From: a virus
Taxonomy: Duplodnaviria; Caudoviricetes
Length of the DNA stretch: 49,728 nt
Direction: 5' to 3' (one strand)
Virus record (IMG/VR): IMGVR_UViG_3300031228_000008
Location: 1-49,728 of that record
Part shown: piece after piece, positions 27,395-35,349 of the stretch
Layout of the letters: each line of letters opens with the position of its first letter
Numbering within the stretch: the stretch's first letter is position 1
Translations under genes and position numbers: made by a program
The notes under the pieces: model-generated
Told to the model about the DNA's origin: nothing
The model's database searches: none
The model's input: the letters and a program-made list of their open reading frames with translations, nothing else

Positions 27395-28029
27395 TCGTCA
27401 GGGTCCACGATCTCGATGAACGAGGCGGGGTCCACGACCGTCAGGGGGAAAGCCGGTCCGGGTCGGGCCGGCCCGATCCCCGTGGTCGGGAGGAGGCCTT
27501 GGAGATCCCGGCCCTCCCCGGCCCCGTAGAGGGTCCCCTTGGCAAGCTGGGCGTACTGGAGGGCATGGAGCCAGGCCTGGACCGGTTCCTCCCCGGCCCG
27601 GATGCGTTCCTCCACTTCGTCTTCGATGTCGAATCCAAGGGCGGCGGCCTTCACCCGGAACGATTCGATCATCGAGGCGTGGAGGATCTTCTGGAACGGG
27701 GTGACCGTGCCGGCCCAGATGGCCCGGAGTCCGTCGCCCATGAGCCGGGAGAGACGCTGGGTCCAGGTCTCGGGCCAATGGGCGGTGAGGGGGCCACTCC
27801 AGTCCATGGGCTTCCACCAGTCTCTCCAGGTGTCCACGCCGGCCTGGAGCTTGTCGGCGGCCGCCTGGGCGACGGGGAGGCCGGTGATCTCCCAGAGGTC
27901 CACCAGGGAGGCGTGGAGGGCCTGGGCGGCTTCGGGGAAGGTCGGGTGGGGTTCAGTCCCCTCCTCCCAGAACGGGTCGTCCTGGGCGTCCTGGGGGCGG
28001 AAGCCGAAGTCGGGGCGGTTGACACTCAT
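27391..28029 (-). CDS. Hypothetical protein with capsid-like C-terminal motif
   Basis: GGAGG RBS; start MSVNRPDFG. Confidence 0.6.
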   Translation of the reverse strand: MSVNRPDFGFRPQDAQDDPFWEEGTEPHPTFPEAAQALHASLVDLWEITGLPVAQAAADKLQAGVDTWRDWWKPMDWSGPLTAHWPETWTQRLSRLMGDGLRAIWAGTVTPFQKILHASMIESFRVKAAALGFDIEDEVEERIRAGEEPVQAWLHALQYAQLAKGTLYGAGEGRDLQGLLPTTGIGPARPGPAFPLTVVDPASFIEIVDPDE

Positions 28030-28493
28030 CGTGGACCCTCCAAGGCGTCGCGAAGGCGGGAGAGGGCCTGGTTCTCGGTGACGGTGGGGGCGTCGTGGTA
28101 CGTCCAGGCGATCTCTAGGGCGGCCCGGACGTCGTCGGCCCGGACTTCGATGGGGCGGGTCTTGTCGATCCGATGGATGGCGTGGAGGAGATTGGCGGCG
28201 GCGGTGAGGAGGGTGGCGCGCCACTCCGACTCTCGGAAGTGGACCTGGGCGAGGAGGTCCCGGGCGGCCTGGGCGTGCTCCTCGGAGGTCCCGTCGAGGA
28301 CCTGGCCAACCTTCTCGACGACCTCCCGGGTGATCCGGTCGACCTCGGACCCCCCGTCGTACTCCACGCCGGCCAGGAGGACGGTCGTCTCGTATGGGCC
28401 GGGTGCCAGGGAGGCCGGGAGCTTCTGGGGGCGGCCGTCCACGTACATGCCGTGGCGGACTTCGCCGGAGCGGAACTCGATGCGCGCCTTCAT
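28026..28493 (-). CDS. Hypothetical protein
   Basis: ATGA-coupled; MKARIEFRSG. Confidence 0.6.
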   Translation of the reverse strand: MKARIEFRSGEVRHGMYVDGRPQKLPASLAPGPYETTVLLAGVEYDGGSEVDRITREVVEKVGQVLDGTSEEHAQAARDLLAQVHFRESEWRATLLTAAANLLHAIHRIDKTRPIEVRADDVRAALEIAWTYHDAPTVTENQALSRLRDALEGPR

Positions 28494-28888
28494 CGGGCCA
28501 CGTCTTCGGGGGAGGCCAGGTAGGTCGGGACCTGGGGGTACTTGGGGAGCCGGCGTGGTGGTTCGGAGACCCGGGCCATGACGTCGGCCATCTCCAGGTC
28601 GTCGAGGCCGGCGGCGGCCTGGACGGATCGGAAGGCCCCGATGAAGAAGTGGCGGAGCTTCTGGACCGATGGGGTCTCGCCGGCCACGGAGGACTCGACG
28701 ACGTCCCAGGCCCAGGCGAGGGGTTCGATGGCGTCGGTGGCGTGGTCCAGGAGTTCGTGGGCGTGGGCGGCGCGCATCTCGGCGTCGTCCAGGTCCTCCT
28801 CCGCCTTCTGTTTCTGTTGGATGGCCACGGCGGTCGTGGCGAGGAACAGGGCGGTCGTGAGGGCGAGGACGATGGCGATGAAGGTCAT
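28490..28888 (-). CDS. Protein with N-terminal TM helix and coiled coil
   Basis: CCCCAAGGAG RBS; hydrophobic N-terminus. Confidence 0.7.
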   Translation of the reverse strand: MTFIAIVLALTTALFLATTAVAIQQKQKAEEDLDDAEMRAAHAHELLDHATDAIEPLAWAWDVVESSVAGETPSVQKLRHFFIGAFRSVQAAAGLDDLEMADVMARVSEPPRRLPKYPQVPTYLASPEDVAR

Positions 28889-28914
28889 GGGGGTCTCCTT
28901 GGGGTCGGGTGGGT

Positions 28915-28955
28915 CTACCGGGGTTGAGACTAGGCGCGATGCGGCCGGCGGTCAA
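28915..28955 (-). promoter_or_regulatory. Promoter with operator variant at +1
   Basis: TTGACC-N17-TAGTCT-CAACCCCGGTAG. Confidence 0.75.
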
Positions 28956-29632
28956 CCATCGGACGTCTCCTCCTCGTCGGGGGTCTCGACCCCGAGGCGT
29001 TCGGCCACCTGGGCCATGGATTGGCGGAGGACGTCGCGGGCGGAGACCTCGACCTCGATGGGGATGCCGGCCCCGTCAGGACCGGAGATCTCGACCTTGT
29101 CTCCCCAGTGGTGGGCGAAGCCCTTGGACAGGAACCACCGGAGGGAAGGGCCGTCAGGCTTCGAGTAGCGGATGGTGCGGCCGGTCACGGTCTCGTCCTC
29201 GTCGAAGTGTTCCTCGACCTCCAGGACCTCCCCACCCAAGGCGAGGCGTTGGATGGCCTCGGTGGCCGTGGCCTCGACGGACGCCCGCGCCCCGTCGATC
29301 GCCTCCAAGAAGTCCAGGAAGATCCGTTCCTTCTGGGGGATCTCGCCGGTTGCTTCGAGGACGGCGCGGGCCTCCAGGCCTCGGGCCTTCCACGAGTGGT
29401 AGGTGGACGACGGGACCCCTTCGGCCATGGCCGCGGTCTCCTGGAAGCTCCCGGCCTGGATGCGGCGGACGATGCGGGCCTGGAGGTCCGGGTGGAGGCG
29501 CGTGGGGCGGCCTGTTCGCTTCCGGTGGATCTTCGGGGGCGTGGCCCCATGGCGGGCCTCGCGGGCCTTCGTGGCCTCCTGGCGGGCGCGTTCGAGGACC
29601 TCCTGGAGATTGTCGGAGACGTGGGTGGTCAT
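28952..29632 (-). CDS. Terminase small subunit-like HTH protein
   Basis: GRPTRL...AAMAEGVPSSTYHSWKARG...FLEAIDGARA...WFLSK...WGDKVEISGPDG. Confidence 0.7.
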   Translation of the reverse strand: MTTHVSDNLQEVLERARQEATKAREARHGATPPKIHRKRTGRPTRLHPDLQARIVRRIQAGSFQETAAMAEGVPSSTYHSWKARGLEARAVLEATGEIPQKERIFLDFLEAIDGARASVEATATEAIQRLALGGEVLEVEEHFDEDETVTGRTIRYSKPDGPSLRWFLSKGFAHHWGDKVEISGPDGAGIPIEVEVSARDVLRQSMAQVAERLGVETPDEEETSDG

Positions 29633-29778
29633 CGGTCGTCGTCCTCTCGGGGGCCGCACGGACCGTCGTGGTGGGTGGGGAGGCGGCATGGGGTCCACCC
29701 CTTGGTCCGTTGGCCGTAGACCTCTCCGGGCGTGGGGCTTCGGACGATGGTGGCCAGGTACATGCCGGTACAGGTCAT
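29629..29778 (-). CDS. Small hypothetical protein (49 aa; C...HDGPC)
   Basis: ATGA-coupled at both ends. Confidence 0.55.
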   Translation of the reverse strand: MTCTGMYLATIVRSPTPGEVYGQRTKGWTPCRLPTHHDGPCGPREDDDR

Positions 29779-30608
29779 GACGTCCCCAAGGCGACGTCGA
29801 GGGCTTCGAGGGTCCGGGCCAGGTGGTCACGGACGCCCTGGAGGTTCCGGTCGATGGTTCCGCCCTGGACGACGGAGGCGATGGCCTGGACGTGGGGGGC
29901 GAGGCCGAAGGGTCCGGCGGAGTGACGGGAGAGGCCGGCGGCCTGGAGATCCCCCTGGAGTTGCCGCCAGTTGTCGAGGTCCTGCTGGAGGAGGCCCTTG
30001 CGGTCGGACTCGAACTTCCGGCCGGCCTCGTACCCGTCCCGGTAGCCGGCGGTCTTGGCCTCCTCGATCTCGCGATCCGATGCGGAGGGCAGGCGGCCGC
30101 CTGGGACGGCCCCGGGGATGGACCGGAGCATGGAGACGACCAGGCCACGCTGGAGGGGGCCTCGGTTCTTCTGGCCGGCGTCGAGGAGGCAGGGTGCGGC
30201 GGTCTTGGTCCGGAGCCTCCAGGCGTCCTCCTGGGTGCCGGTCCCGTGGATCTCGATGAGGCCCCAGGTCGGGGGGAGTTCGCCCTTCTTCACCACGCCC
30301 TTCGGCGCGACGATCCAGAAGAACTCGACGAGGCGACAGGCGTCCTCCGCCTTGGCGGGGTCCTTGACCTCGCGCAACCAGTCGGGACGGGAGACCTTGA
30401 TCTCGAAGCCGTGGAGGGCGAGGCCTCGGGATGGCCAGAGATGGAGGGCGAGGGCGTCGAGGGTCCTGGTGGCGTTGAAGCCGGCGGCGTTGCGGACCTG
30501 GGCCATGAAGGCCCACTCCCCTCCTCCACCGTTGCCACTGTTCTCGTGACGTTCCCGGAGGAGGCGGGTGGCGATCGCCTCGGTGAGCTTCGGCGCGGCG
30601 TCGGTCAC
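29775..30608 (-). CDS. MmcB-like PD-(D/E)xK nuclease-fold protein
   Basis: RTLDALALHLWPS...GFEIKVSRPDWLRE...FWIVAP...ELPPTWGL. Confidence 0.75.
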   Translation of the reverse strand: MTDAAPKLTEAIATRLLRERHENSGNGGGGEWAFMAQVRNAAGFNATRTLDALALHLWPSRGLALHGFEIKVSRPDWLREVKDPAKAEDACRLVEFFWIVAPKGVVKKGELPPTWGLIEIHGTGTQEDAWRLRTKTAAPCLLDAGQKNRGPLQRGLVVSMLRSIPGAVPGGRLPSASDREIEEAKTAGYRDGYEAGRKFESDRKGLLQQDLDNWRQLQGDLQAAGLSRHSAGPFGLAPHVQAIASVVQGGTIDRNLQGVRDHLARTLEALDVALGTS

Positions 30609-31069
30609 CCCTCGGACTCCTGGGCGTTGCCCTGGCCCAGGCCATCGGGGAGGCGGGGGCGGGCCTTCTGGAGGGCAGGGTCCTTGATGCGGGGGGCCGG
30701 TCGGATCTTGCGCCGGCCTACGACGTCGAGGGTGCCGGAGGCGACGACGTCCACGGTCTCGGGGTCCCCCTGGATCTTGGCGTGGGGCGTGGTCCGGGGT
30801 TGTTCGTCCTTCGTGGTGACGGACCCGGGGTACTCCGGAACGATGTCGCGGTGGAGGAAGGCGCGGACCTCGTCGATGGCGGCCAATGCGACCGGCGGAC
30901 TCTCGAAGGCCTGGAGGACGTCCTGGATGGCGAGGAGGGCGTCTTCTTCGCACGGGACGAGGCGGGTGTCGACCAACTCCCGGGCGAGCTTCAAGACGGC
31001 GGCCGCCTCGATCCCCAGGTTCTCCCCAGTTGTGGACGGGCGATCTTCGTTGGCGAGGCTCATGGTCAT
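30605..31069 (-). CDS. Hypothetical protein
   Basis: Coupled ORF with AGGAG RBS. Confidence 0.6.
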   Translation of the reverse strand: MTMSLANEDRPSTTGENLGIEAAAVLKLARELVDTRLVPCEEDALLAIQDVLQAFESPPVALAAIDEVRAFLHRDIVPEYPGSVTTKDEQPRTTPHAKIQGDPETVDVVASGTLDVVGRRKIRPAPRIKDPALQKARPRLPDGLGQGNAQESEG

Positions 31070-31458
31070 CTCCTGCTACGGGGCTTGACGGGTCCGCGGC
31101 CGCCTCGACGTTCCGTCCCCGGTGCGGGGCCAGGCGAGGGCTTGGCGGTCTTGGGTGGGATCACGGGCGGGGTGTCGGTGTCGCCCTGGGCTTCGGCCTG
31201 TTCCTCCCCCACCCGGCGGAGGCGGGGCGAGGTCCGGGCGTTGGCCTCCTGGGCGGACCTCTGGACCTTCGGGTCCGCCGGCATCTTCGTCAGGCGGGGG
31301 GCCTTCAACTTGAAGTGGGCGTCGAGGATCTGTTCGATGAGGGCGTTCCGCGACAGGCCCGGGGTCGCCTCGACGACTTGGTCCAGGGCCTCCCGGTGGT
31401 CGAGGCGGAGGCGGACCTTCGTGTCGATCCGGCGGACGTACTTCTGGGGTCGCGGCAT
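31066..31458 (-). CDS. Ribbon-helix-helix-like protein, leaderless
   Basis: TKVRLRLDHREALDQVV...SRNALIEQIL. Confidence 0.6.
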   Translation of the reverse strand: MPRPQKYVRRIDTKVRLRLDHREALDQVVEATPGLSRNALIEQILDAHFKLKAPRLTKMPADPKVQRSAQEANARTSPRLRRVGEEQAEAQGDTDTPPVIPPKTAKPSPGPAPGTERRGGRGPVKPRSRR

Positions 31459-31464
31459 GGTGGG

Positions 31465-31505
31465 ATCATATCCCCACTAATCCCCAGGAGGTCAACCCCG
31501 GATGG
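31465..31505 (-). promoter_or_regulatory. Promoter with operator variant; 19-nt spacer
   Basis: CCATCCGGGG-TTGACC-N19-TATGAT-N6-ATG. Confidence 0.65.
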
Positions 31506-32297
31506 TCAGGCGTTCCAGTCGTCGGCCACGACCACGTCCGAGGTCCTGGCCTCCTCGATGATGTCGGCCATGGAGAGGTCGTTCCGGAAGCGGTGGTCGA
31601 TGCGGACCTCGACCTGGCGGTACTCCTCCGCCAACTCGGGATTGAGCTTGGCCGCCAGGACCAGGGCACCCTTCGAGGCGAGGACACAGAAGCAACAGGA
31701 GAGGCGGGGCATCCCGGCGTCATAGGCCGGATGGTGGGGGATGCCGGAGGCCTTGATCGTGGCCCAGACCTCGTCCTCCGTCATGTCGAAGATGGGGAGC
31801 CAACGGTCCACGTACCGGGTGGTCTTCGTGCTGGCGCGCTTGTCGTGCTCGAAGGAGGCCTTCTTGGCCCTGGCCGGCGACTCCTGGGCACGGATGCCCA
31901 GGCAGTTGAGGAAGCGGACCGGGCGGTCCAGGTCGAACTCCCGGGCGAGCTTCGTGAGGACCCGGGCCACCTGGCCGGTCTTCTGGTCACTCGTGCAGTA
32001 GCGGGCGGTCGAGGAGGGGAACATCCCCCGGGCCTCGATCTGGTCGAGGAGGTCGCCTTGGGGCCGGCGGACGATCTCGAACCGGATGCCGTAGGCCTCC
32101 GCCTGGGCCTGGGCCAGTTCGGCGGTACCGGCCCACTCGACCCGGCCCAGGTCGGCGTGGACGGCCACCAGGCGGTCCCGGACTCCGGCGGCGTCGGCCA
32201 TCTCGACCAGGCGGGTCATCATCGCCTGGGAGTCCTTGCCGGCGGAAGTGTTTACGAGGATCACGTCGTAGGTGGTGAGGTCGGGGGTCGAGGTCAT
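31506..32297 (-). CDS. PAPS-reductase-family (PP-loop) protein, leaderless
   Basis: SAGKDS, RYCTSDQK, GIRAQES..R, LPIFD, HPAY..GMPRLSCCFC. Confidence 0.88.
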   Translation of the reverse strand: MTSTPDLTTYDVILVNTSAGKDSQAMMTRLVEMADAAGVRDRLVAVHADLGRVEWAGTAELAQAQAEAYGIRFEIVRRPQGDLLDQIEARGMFPSSTARYCTSDQKTGQVARVLTKLAREFDLDRPVRFLNCLGIRAQESPARAKKASFEHDKRASTKTTRYVDRWLPIFDMTEDEVWATIKASGIPHHPAYDAGMPRLSCCFCVLASKGALVLAAKLNPELAEEYRQVEVRIDHRFRNDLSMADIIEEARTSDVVVADDWNA

Positions 32298-32304
32298 GTC
32301 CACC

Positions 32305-32345
32305 ATTATGAGGGGTCCCCCTGGAACTGTCAACCCCGGTTGGGG
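32305..32345 (-). promoter_or_regulatory. Promoter with operator; leaderless
   Basis: CCCAACCGGGG-TTGACA-N17-CATAAT-N7-ATG. Confidence 0.85.
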
Positions 32346-32372
32346 ACGATGGGCAAGACGACCCACGCGCAA

Positions 32373-32520
32373 GGACCGCCTCCCCGGCAGAAGGCGGGAC
32401 TGAAGGGCGGTCCGAAGACCTCCCGACCGATCACCTGGCGAGGTCGACGTCTCGACCTCTACGCCCTCCCCGGGGAGGACTCGGTGGGCGGCGTCCCGCC
32501 CCCGGCGAGGGAGGCGGTCC
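32373..32520 (-). ncRNA. Putative multi-branched structured RNA, family unknown
   Basis: 12-bp and 11-bp closing helices enclosing three hairpins, one with a C-UUCG-G loop. Confidence 0.6.
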
Positions 32521-32531
32521 GTGAGGCGAAG

Positions 32532-32741
32532 CTAGCCGGCGGCCTCGATGATCTGGGCCTTCGTCATGCCGGACGTGTCGATCCCGATGGATTCGGCGTA
32601 GGCCTCCCAGGCGTCCTTCTTGTCGCCCTCGGAAGGCTTGCCCGGTGCGCGGCGGGCCTTCAAGGCCTGGGCCTCCTGGACGGCCTGGGGGACCACCTGG
32701 GTCTTCTCCCGGTCTCCGATCTCGGACGTGGCGTTCTTCAT
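32532..32741 (-). CDS. Small protein with helix-extension-helix-like C-terminus
   Basis: GAGGAG RBS; KDAWEAYAESIGIDTSGMTKAQII. Confidence 0.65.
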   Translation of the reverse strand: MKNATSEIGDREKTQVVPQAVQEAQALKARRAPGKPSEGDKKDAWEAYAESIGIDTSGMTKAQIIEAAG

Positions 32742-32752
32742 GATGGGTCTCC

Positions 32753-33391
32753 TCACGGGGCGATGGATGACGTCAGGGTACCCATCGGGCGATGGTCGAG
32801 GACGGAACCGTCCGGGACGAGGTCCCCGCCTCGGGTCAACCATCCGACCTGGTCCCCGTGGAGGAGGGCTTGGGCGATCACGTCCTCACGTCGGCGGCCG
32901 GTCGTGGACTGGGCCACCACGGAGGTCGACTGGTGGAGGGATGGCGCGAGGGGCCGGAACTCGATGAGGCCGGCGGCGTGGGCTTCGTCGAGGTCGGCCT
33001 GGCACCGATACCACTCCACGACGGCCTGGGCCTCCTCGATCGCCTGGGCGTGGCCTCGGGCGGCCCTGGCGGCCTTCTGGGCGTGGGCCTCTGTCCAGGC
33101 GCGGTCGAAGCCGTAGCGGGCGATCACGGGGAGGATCTGGCGGGACAGGGCCTCGCGGGCCGCGTCGGTGAACGTCTCCCGTGTCCCCTCCGGCGTGGTC
33201 CGGCGCGTGGCCCAGAGGGACAGGCGGTCCCCCCGGAAGGCCTCCCACTCCTTGACCTCGAACCAGGCCATCGCGTACGCGTTCCGGTGGAGGGTCCCCG
33301 GCTCCATGAGTCGCCAGGTCAGTTGCCGGCGGCCGTGCTCCATGTAGGCCCCGACCTCGACCGAGGCGAAGGGGTCAGGAAGCTCCAGCAT
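32753..33391 (-). CDS. Hypothetical protein
   Basis: AAGGA RBS; coding-like codon usage. Confidence 0.65.
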   Translation of the reverse strand: MLELPDPFASVEVGAYMEHGRRQLTWRLMEPGTLHRNAYAMAWFEVKEWEAFRGDRLSLWATRRTTPEGTRETFTDAAREALSRQILPVIARYGFDRAWTEAHAQKAARAARGHAQAIEEAQAVVEWYRCQADLDEAHAAGLIEFRPLAPSLHQSTSVVAQSTTGRRREDVIAQALLHGDQVGWLTRGGDLVPDGSVLDHRPMGTLTSSIAP

Positions 33392-33617
33392 CGGATTCCT
33401 TTCCGTCGAAGATGAGGGAGACCGGCGACTCGACCTCGACCCAGACCGCCCCGTGGGTGTCCCGACCGGCGTCCACCGCGGTCGCCATCCCTAGGTCCTG
33501 GACGACCTCGCCGGCCCGGTCCCGGACGTTGAGGTCGAAGGACTGGCCCACCAGGCCCGCGATGGCCTCATCCGTCAGGCCCTCGACCGGTAGCTGGAAG
33601 CGGAACCTAGAGGCCAC
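33375..33617 (-). CDS. Hypothetical protein
   Basis: Tightly packed ORF. Confidence 0.55.
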   Translation of the reverse strand: MASRFRFQLPVEGLTDEAIAGLVGQSFDLNVRDRAGEVVQDLGMATAVDAGRDTHGAVWVEVESPVSLIFDGKESDAGAS

Positions 33618-33618
33618 G

Positions 33619-33873
33619 TCAGGTCACCCCTCGGGCGAGGGCGTCGAGGTCGAGGGCCAACTGGGGCAGGGCCAGGGTCCGGGCCTTGTCCAGGGAGGCG
33701 GCGAGCATCGACCACCCAGGGAAGTCGGAGTGGGTGACCTCCCACGGGGTCCCGGTCATCTCCAGGCGGTGGAAGCTCCACTTCCCGTCCTTCGAGGACG
33801 CGGCCCACTTCTCCATCCGGCCGGTCCGGAGGTTCTGGTACTTCGTGAAGCCGGCGGGGTCGAGGTCGATCAT
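33619..33873 (-). CDS. Hypothetical protein
   Basis: ATGA-coupled; MIDLDPAGF. Confidence 0.55.
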   Translation of the reverse strand: MIDLDPAGFTKYQNLRTGRMEKWAASSKDGKWSFHRLEMTGTPWEVTHSDFPGWSMLAASLDKARTLALPQLALDLDALARGVT

Positions 33874-33971
33874 CGCACGGCCCACAAGGCGAAGATGGCG
33901 ATGGAGGCTCCGGTCACCATGCCCAGGAGGAAGGCCAAGTTCACGGCCCGGTCGAAGTCCTCGCGGCTCAC
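33870..33971 (-). CDS. Small membrane peptide (33 aa)
   Basis: AGGAGG RBS; GTGA-coupled; one TM segment. Confidence 0.5.
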   Translation of the reverse strand: MSREDFDRAVNLAFLLGMVTGASIAIFALWAVR

Positions 33972-34240
33972 GTTCCGGCCTCCTGGCGAACGAGGCGGTC
34001 GTGGATGGCGGCCGACTCGATGGCCGCGTCCAACGCACCCAGGTTGCCGACCATGGCGCGGAAGTGCTGGACGGACCGGGTGACGGCGGGGGTCCACTCC
34101 TTGGCCATGTCGTGGAGGTCGGTCTTCGGGGACATGGCCACGAGGCGGTCGATCTCGTCGGCGGTATCCCGGAGGCGGATCGCCATGGTGGCGAGGGCGT
34201 CCGCGGTCCGGTCGTGGTGGTATTGGATGAGGTCATCCAT
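33968..34240 (-). CDS. Hypothetical helical protein
   Basis: CCCCAAGGAG RBS. Confidence 0.65.
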   Translation of the reverse strand: MDDLIQYHHDRTADALATMAIRLRDTADEIDRLVAMSPKTDLHDMAKEWTPAVTRSVQHFRAMVGNLGALDAAIESAAIHDRLVRQEAGT

Positions 34241-34257
34241 GGGGGTTCTCCTTGGGG

Positions 34258-34365
34258 TCAGATGACGTCGAGGATCGGGCGGGCCATCTCGACGAACTCG
34301 ATGACCTTGGAGGCCATCGCGAGGGCGATGAGGGCCACCAGGGCGAGGAGGTAGGTGGCGGGCAT
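34258..34365 (-). CDS. Small membrane peptide (35 aa)
   Basis: GAGGAGG RBS; MPATYLLALVALIALAMAS. Confidence 0.55.
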   Translation of the reverse strand: MPATYLLALVALIALAMASKVIEFVEMARPILDVI

Positions 34366-34366
34366 G

Positions 34367-34558
34367 TCAGACCTCCTCTCGGCGGTAGATGCCGACCTTC
34401 ATGGTCGGGCGGAAGGTGGGGCGGATGGTGCGGCCCTGGAACTGGAGGGCGGTGACGTCGGTGGTCTCGACGGTCTCGACGATGGCCCGGGTGGTCTTGA
34501 TGATGTCGCCGGCCTGGAGGTTCTGGGCTTCGACGATGCGGTAGGTGCGGTTGGTCAT
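34367..34558 (-). CDS. Small beta-rich protein, leaderless
   Basis: MTNRTYRIVEAQNLQAGDII; ATG 6 nt after CATAAT. Confidence 0.65.
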   Translation of the reverse strand: MTNRTYRIVEAQNLQAGDIIKTTRAIVETVETTDVTALQFQGRTIRPTFRPTMKVGIYRREEV

Positions 34559-34564
34559 GACCCC

Positions 34565-34604
34565 ATTATGGGGGGTCCTCCTGGAGTTGTCAACCCCGGT
34601 TGGG
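34565..34604 (-). promoter_or_regulatory. Promoter with operator; leaderless
   Basis: CCCAACCGGGG-TTGACA-N17-CATAAT; nearly identical to 13380-13419. Confidence 0.85.
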
Positions 34605-34605
34605 A

Positions 34606-35349
34606 TTACGTCTCCCTCCGGTGGGGGTGGCGGTTGAACCAGGCGTTGTCCCAGAGGCTCCCGTACTCGTAGGGGTTCGTCGGGTGGGGTGGTTCGAGGG
34701 CGAGGATGCCCACGGTCTCCCTGGTGGCCTCCAGGACGAAGGGGAGGATGAGTTGGTCCAGCGCGGTCACGGAAGCTCCGGACCATCGGAGGGTCTCGGA
34801 CCAGACCCAGGCGTCGACCACGCGGGCCTCCTCCTCGTTCCGGCGGGCCAGGATGGTCATGGCCCAGAGGGACGCGGTGGCCAGGGGAACGATGGCGTCG
34901 AACTCCTCGACCATCTCGCGGTGGGAGTTGCCGGCGTACTTGCCCAGGGTCTCGGCCGCCTCGATCTCGTCCCAGACGTTGTCGCGGTCCGGGTGTTCGA
35001 TCGCCCCGTAGCTCCATCCCCGGGTGATCGTGCCGGCGACGTCCCGGGCGAAGCGGTCGGACACGACCTCGATGCAGGAGTCCACCCAGATCGTCAGGTC
35101 CGCGTCCGGGAACAGGACGTGGGGGTGGGTCTTGTACCAGCGTCCCGTGAGGCGGTCGTTCCCGATGTTGTCGAGAAGGGTGGGGTGGTGGATGGAGGGC
35201 CTCATCTCCCAGAGGGGAAGGCCGGACATCGGGCGGGGTTGGTCGTCGAAGCGAACGAAGGAGACGTCCATCCCGCCCCACTGGGGGACCGGCTCCCAGA
35301 CCTCGTCGTAGCCTCCGACGTCCGCGGTGTAGATCACGACCGAGGTCAT
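34606..35349 (-). CDS. DUF616 (TOD1/MUCI70-like) glycosyltransferase-domain protein
   Basis: VIYTA.VGGYD, RWYKTHPHVLFP, IWVD, HPDRD....E, DQL.LPFV. Confidence 0.8.
   Translation of the reverse strand: MTSVVIYTADVGGYDEVWEPVPQWGGMDVSFVRFDDQPRPMSGLPLWEMRPSIHHPTLLDNIGNDRLTGRWYKTHPHVLFPDADLTIWVDSCIEVVSDRFARDVAGTITRGWSYGAIEHPDRDNVWDEIEAAETLGKYAGNSHREMVEEFDAIVPLATASLWAMTILARRNEEEARVVDAWVWSETLRWSGASVTALDQLILPFVLEATRETVGILALEPPHPTNPYEYGSLWDNAWFNRHPHRRET

Noticed and set aside
31506-32297. Phosphorothioate (Dnd/Ssp) or 7-deazaguanine system
   Set aside because: No partner genes were recognised anywhere in the genome.
32373-32520. tRNA or simple terminator reading of the structured region
   Set aside because: It has no T-loop/anticodon geometry or CCA end, and no U-tract; it is too large and branched.
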